From the NCBI GenBank assembly GCA_042408215.1, contig JAYFMW010000020.1:288001-352000 (forward strand): DNA of 64,000 bases, written 5' to 3'. This document shows positions 62,591 to 64,000 of this stretch, piece by piece. Below the pieces are notes generated by a model. That model was not told the DNA's origin, did no database searches, and saw only the letters and a program-made list of their open reading frames with translations. The stretch comes from Microcoleus sp. GTDB taxonomy: Bacteria; Cyanobacteriota; Cyanobacteriia; Cyanobacteriales; Microcoleaceae. Within the stretch, counting starts at the first letter, position 1, and the number at the start of each line of letters is the position of its first letter. A program made the position numbers and the translations under genes.

Positions 62591-63715
62591 ATGAAGAAAG
62601 AACAACTTACAAAAGGCAACCCGCGCGAGGTGCGAAAAGCTCCTCCGCAAGTCTCGAAATGGTTGTTTTATCTGGCGTTGCTGCCGGCAATTTGGGGGGT
62701 TTGCGCTTGGCAAGGTTGGGCTTGGTGGAGCTGGGCTTCTGCACCGCCGAAAGTAGCAGCCCCAGACAGTGCCTCGGTAGAGGAAGCTGCTGTTGCGATC
62801 CAAATCCCTGATGGTACTTCCAGTCAAAAAATCGGGCGGGATTTGGAGGCGGCGGGCTTAATTCGATCGGCGGGAGCATGGAATATGTGGGCTCGCTGGC
62901 TGACGATGCAAAACCGCGAGGGAGGGTTTAAAGCAGGGACTTACCAATTGTCTCCGACTCAGCCACTCAGCGCCGTTGCTGACAAAATTTGGAAGGGTGA
63001 AGTCATACAGCAAAGTTTCACAATTCCAGAAGGGTGGTCACTCAAACAAATGAGCGCTTATTTTGAAGGGCAAGGTTTTTTCCCGGCTCAGGAGTTTATG
63101 GCGGCGGTGAGTCAAGTTCCTTACGCTCAATACCCTTGGCTACCGAGTGGGTTGCCTCATTTGGAAGGGTTTTTGTACCCGGATACTTATCAGCTAGACG
63201 GTGATAGAATTACTCCTCAAGCTGCGATCGAACAAATGCTCAGCCGTTTCGAGCAGAAAGCTTTGCCAGTCTATCAAAAAAATCAGAATAAAACGAAGCT
63301 GGATCTCAAAGAATGGGTGACTTTGGCGAGTATTGTAGAAAAAGAGGCTGTGGTTGCGGGCGAGCGCAATCGCATTTCAGGGGTGTTCAACAACCGTCTG
63401 AAGAAGGGTATGCCGTTGGGATCTGACCCGACAGTTGAATATGCTCTCGGTATCAGGCAAACTAAGGAGAAACCTTTGACTTTTAAGCAGGTGGAAACGC
63501 CTTCTCCTTACAATACTTATATCAATGTAGGACTACCACCAACTCCGATCGCAGCTCCGGGAATAGCAAGTTTGGAGGCGACTCTGACTCCAGAAAATAC
63601 AGAATATCTGTATTTTATGGCTCGATATGACGGCACTCACATTTTCAGCCGCACTCAGGCCGAACACGATGCTGCTGTGGCTCAAGTTGACCAAAAAGTG
63701 CGATCGGGTCAATAA
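62591..63715 (+). CDS. mltG: Endolytic transglycosylase MltG
   Basis: TIPEG, LEGFLYPDTY, LASIVEKE, SPYNTY..GLPPTPI. Confidence 0.95.
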   Translation: MKKEQLTKGNPREVRKAPPQVSKWLFYLALLPAIWGVCAWQGWAWWSWASAPPKVAAPDSASVEEAAVAIQIPDGTSSQKIGRDLEAAGLIRSAGAWNMWARWLTMQNREGGFKAGTYQLSPTQPLSAVADKIWKGEVIQQSFTIPEGWSLKQMSAYFEGQGFFPAQEFMAAVSQVPYAQYPWLPSGLPHLEGFLYPDTYQLDGDRITPQAAIEQMLSRFEQKALPVYQKNQNKTKLDLKEWVTLASIVEKEAVVAGERNRISGVFNNRLKKGMPLGSDPTVEYALGIRQTKEKPLTFKQVETPSPYNTYINVGLPPTPIAAPGIASLEATLTPENTEYLYFMARYDGTHIFSRTQAEHDAAVAQVDQKVRSGQ

Positions 63716-63929
63716 CCGAATCTGAGACAATGGGTAATTGGTAATGGGTAATTGGTAATTGGTAATCGGTAATCGGTAATCGGTAATCGGTAATCAAAAA
63801 GTGAAAAAATAAAATGCGTTATTTTAAGTTTTACCTTTTTACTTGAAAGTCAATTCTCAATGCCCAATGCCCAATCCTTTTCGGCCCAATTCCCAATTCC
63901 CAATTAACAATTATCAATTACTAATATTT

Positions 63930-64000
63930 ATGTCTTGGGGTAAACTACTACAGCCTGACTTAGTTCTCGGTACTGCGATCGTGAATTTAACGGCTGATAT
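63930..64000 (+). CDS. 5' fragment of YqeG-like HAD IIIA phosphatase (runs off the window)
   Basis: MSWGKLLQPDLVL...; usual neighbour of mltG in cyanobacteria. Confidence 0.55.
   Translation, partial: MSWGKLLQPDLVLGTAIVNLTAD

Overview
This 64-kb window comes from a filamentous cyanobacterium, probably Microcoleus/Oscillatoriales-like. The evidence is abundant HIP1 sites (GCGATCGC), heptamer STRR arrays and cyanobacterial gene order such as glyA-wecA-cinA-aroQ and ruvX-DUF3727-mltG-yqeG. Housekeeping genes include recR, SUI1/yciH, prolyl oligopeptidase, glyA, cinA, aroQ, rpsF, pyrC, ruvX and mltG. Other coding content includes a tandem RelE-type toxin-antitoxin duplication, a ~3000-aa DUF4347/lectin/DUF11/RTX repeat adhesin, the hybrid adenylate cyclase CyaC, and an operon encoding a solute-binding protein, kinases and an adenylate cyclase. 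The intergenic DNA is rich in mobile elements. There are two inactivated IS200/IS605 tnpB elements and two ORF-less ~390-bp IS200/IS605 derivatives (15171-15567 and ~43081-43468). The ORF-less pair have different left ends but share a conserved non-coding core, preceded by a promoter-like motif and fused to a tnpB 3' tail; they are candidate stand-alone guide-RNA cassettes. There is also an ORF-less group II intron (30719-31496) whose EBS loops read a genomic repeat, nested MITE/REP elements, and a small-gene block bounded by a 45-bp direct repeat and HIP1 sites. No rRNA, tRNA or true CRISPR array was seen. Family assignments come from recognising motifs by eye; no database searches were run.
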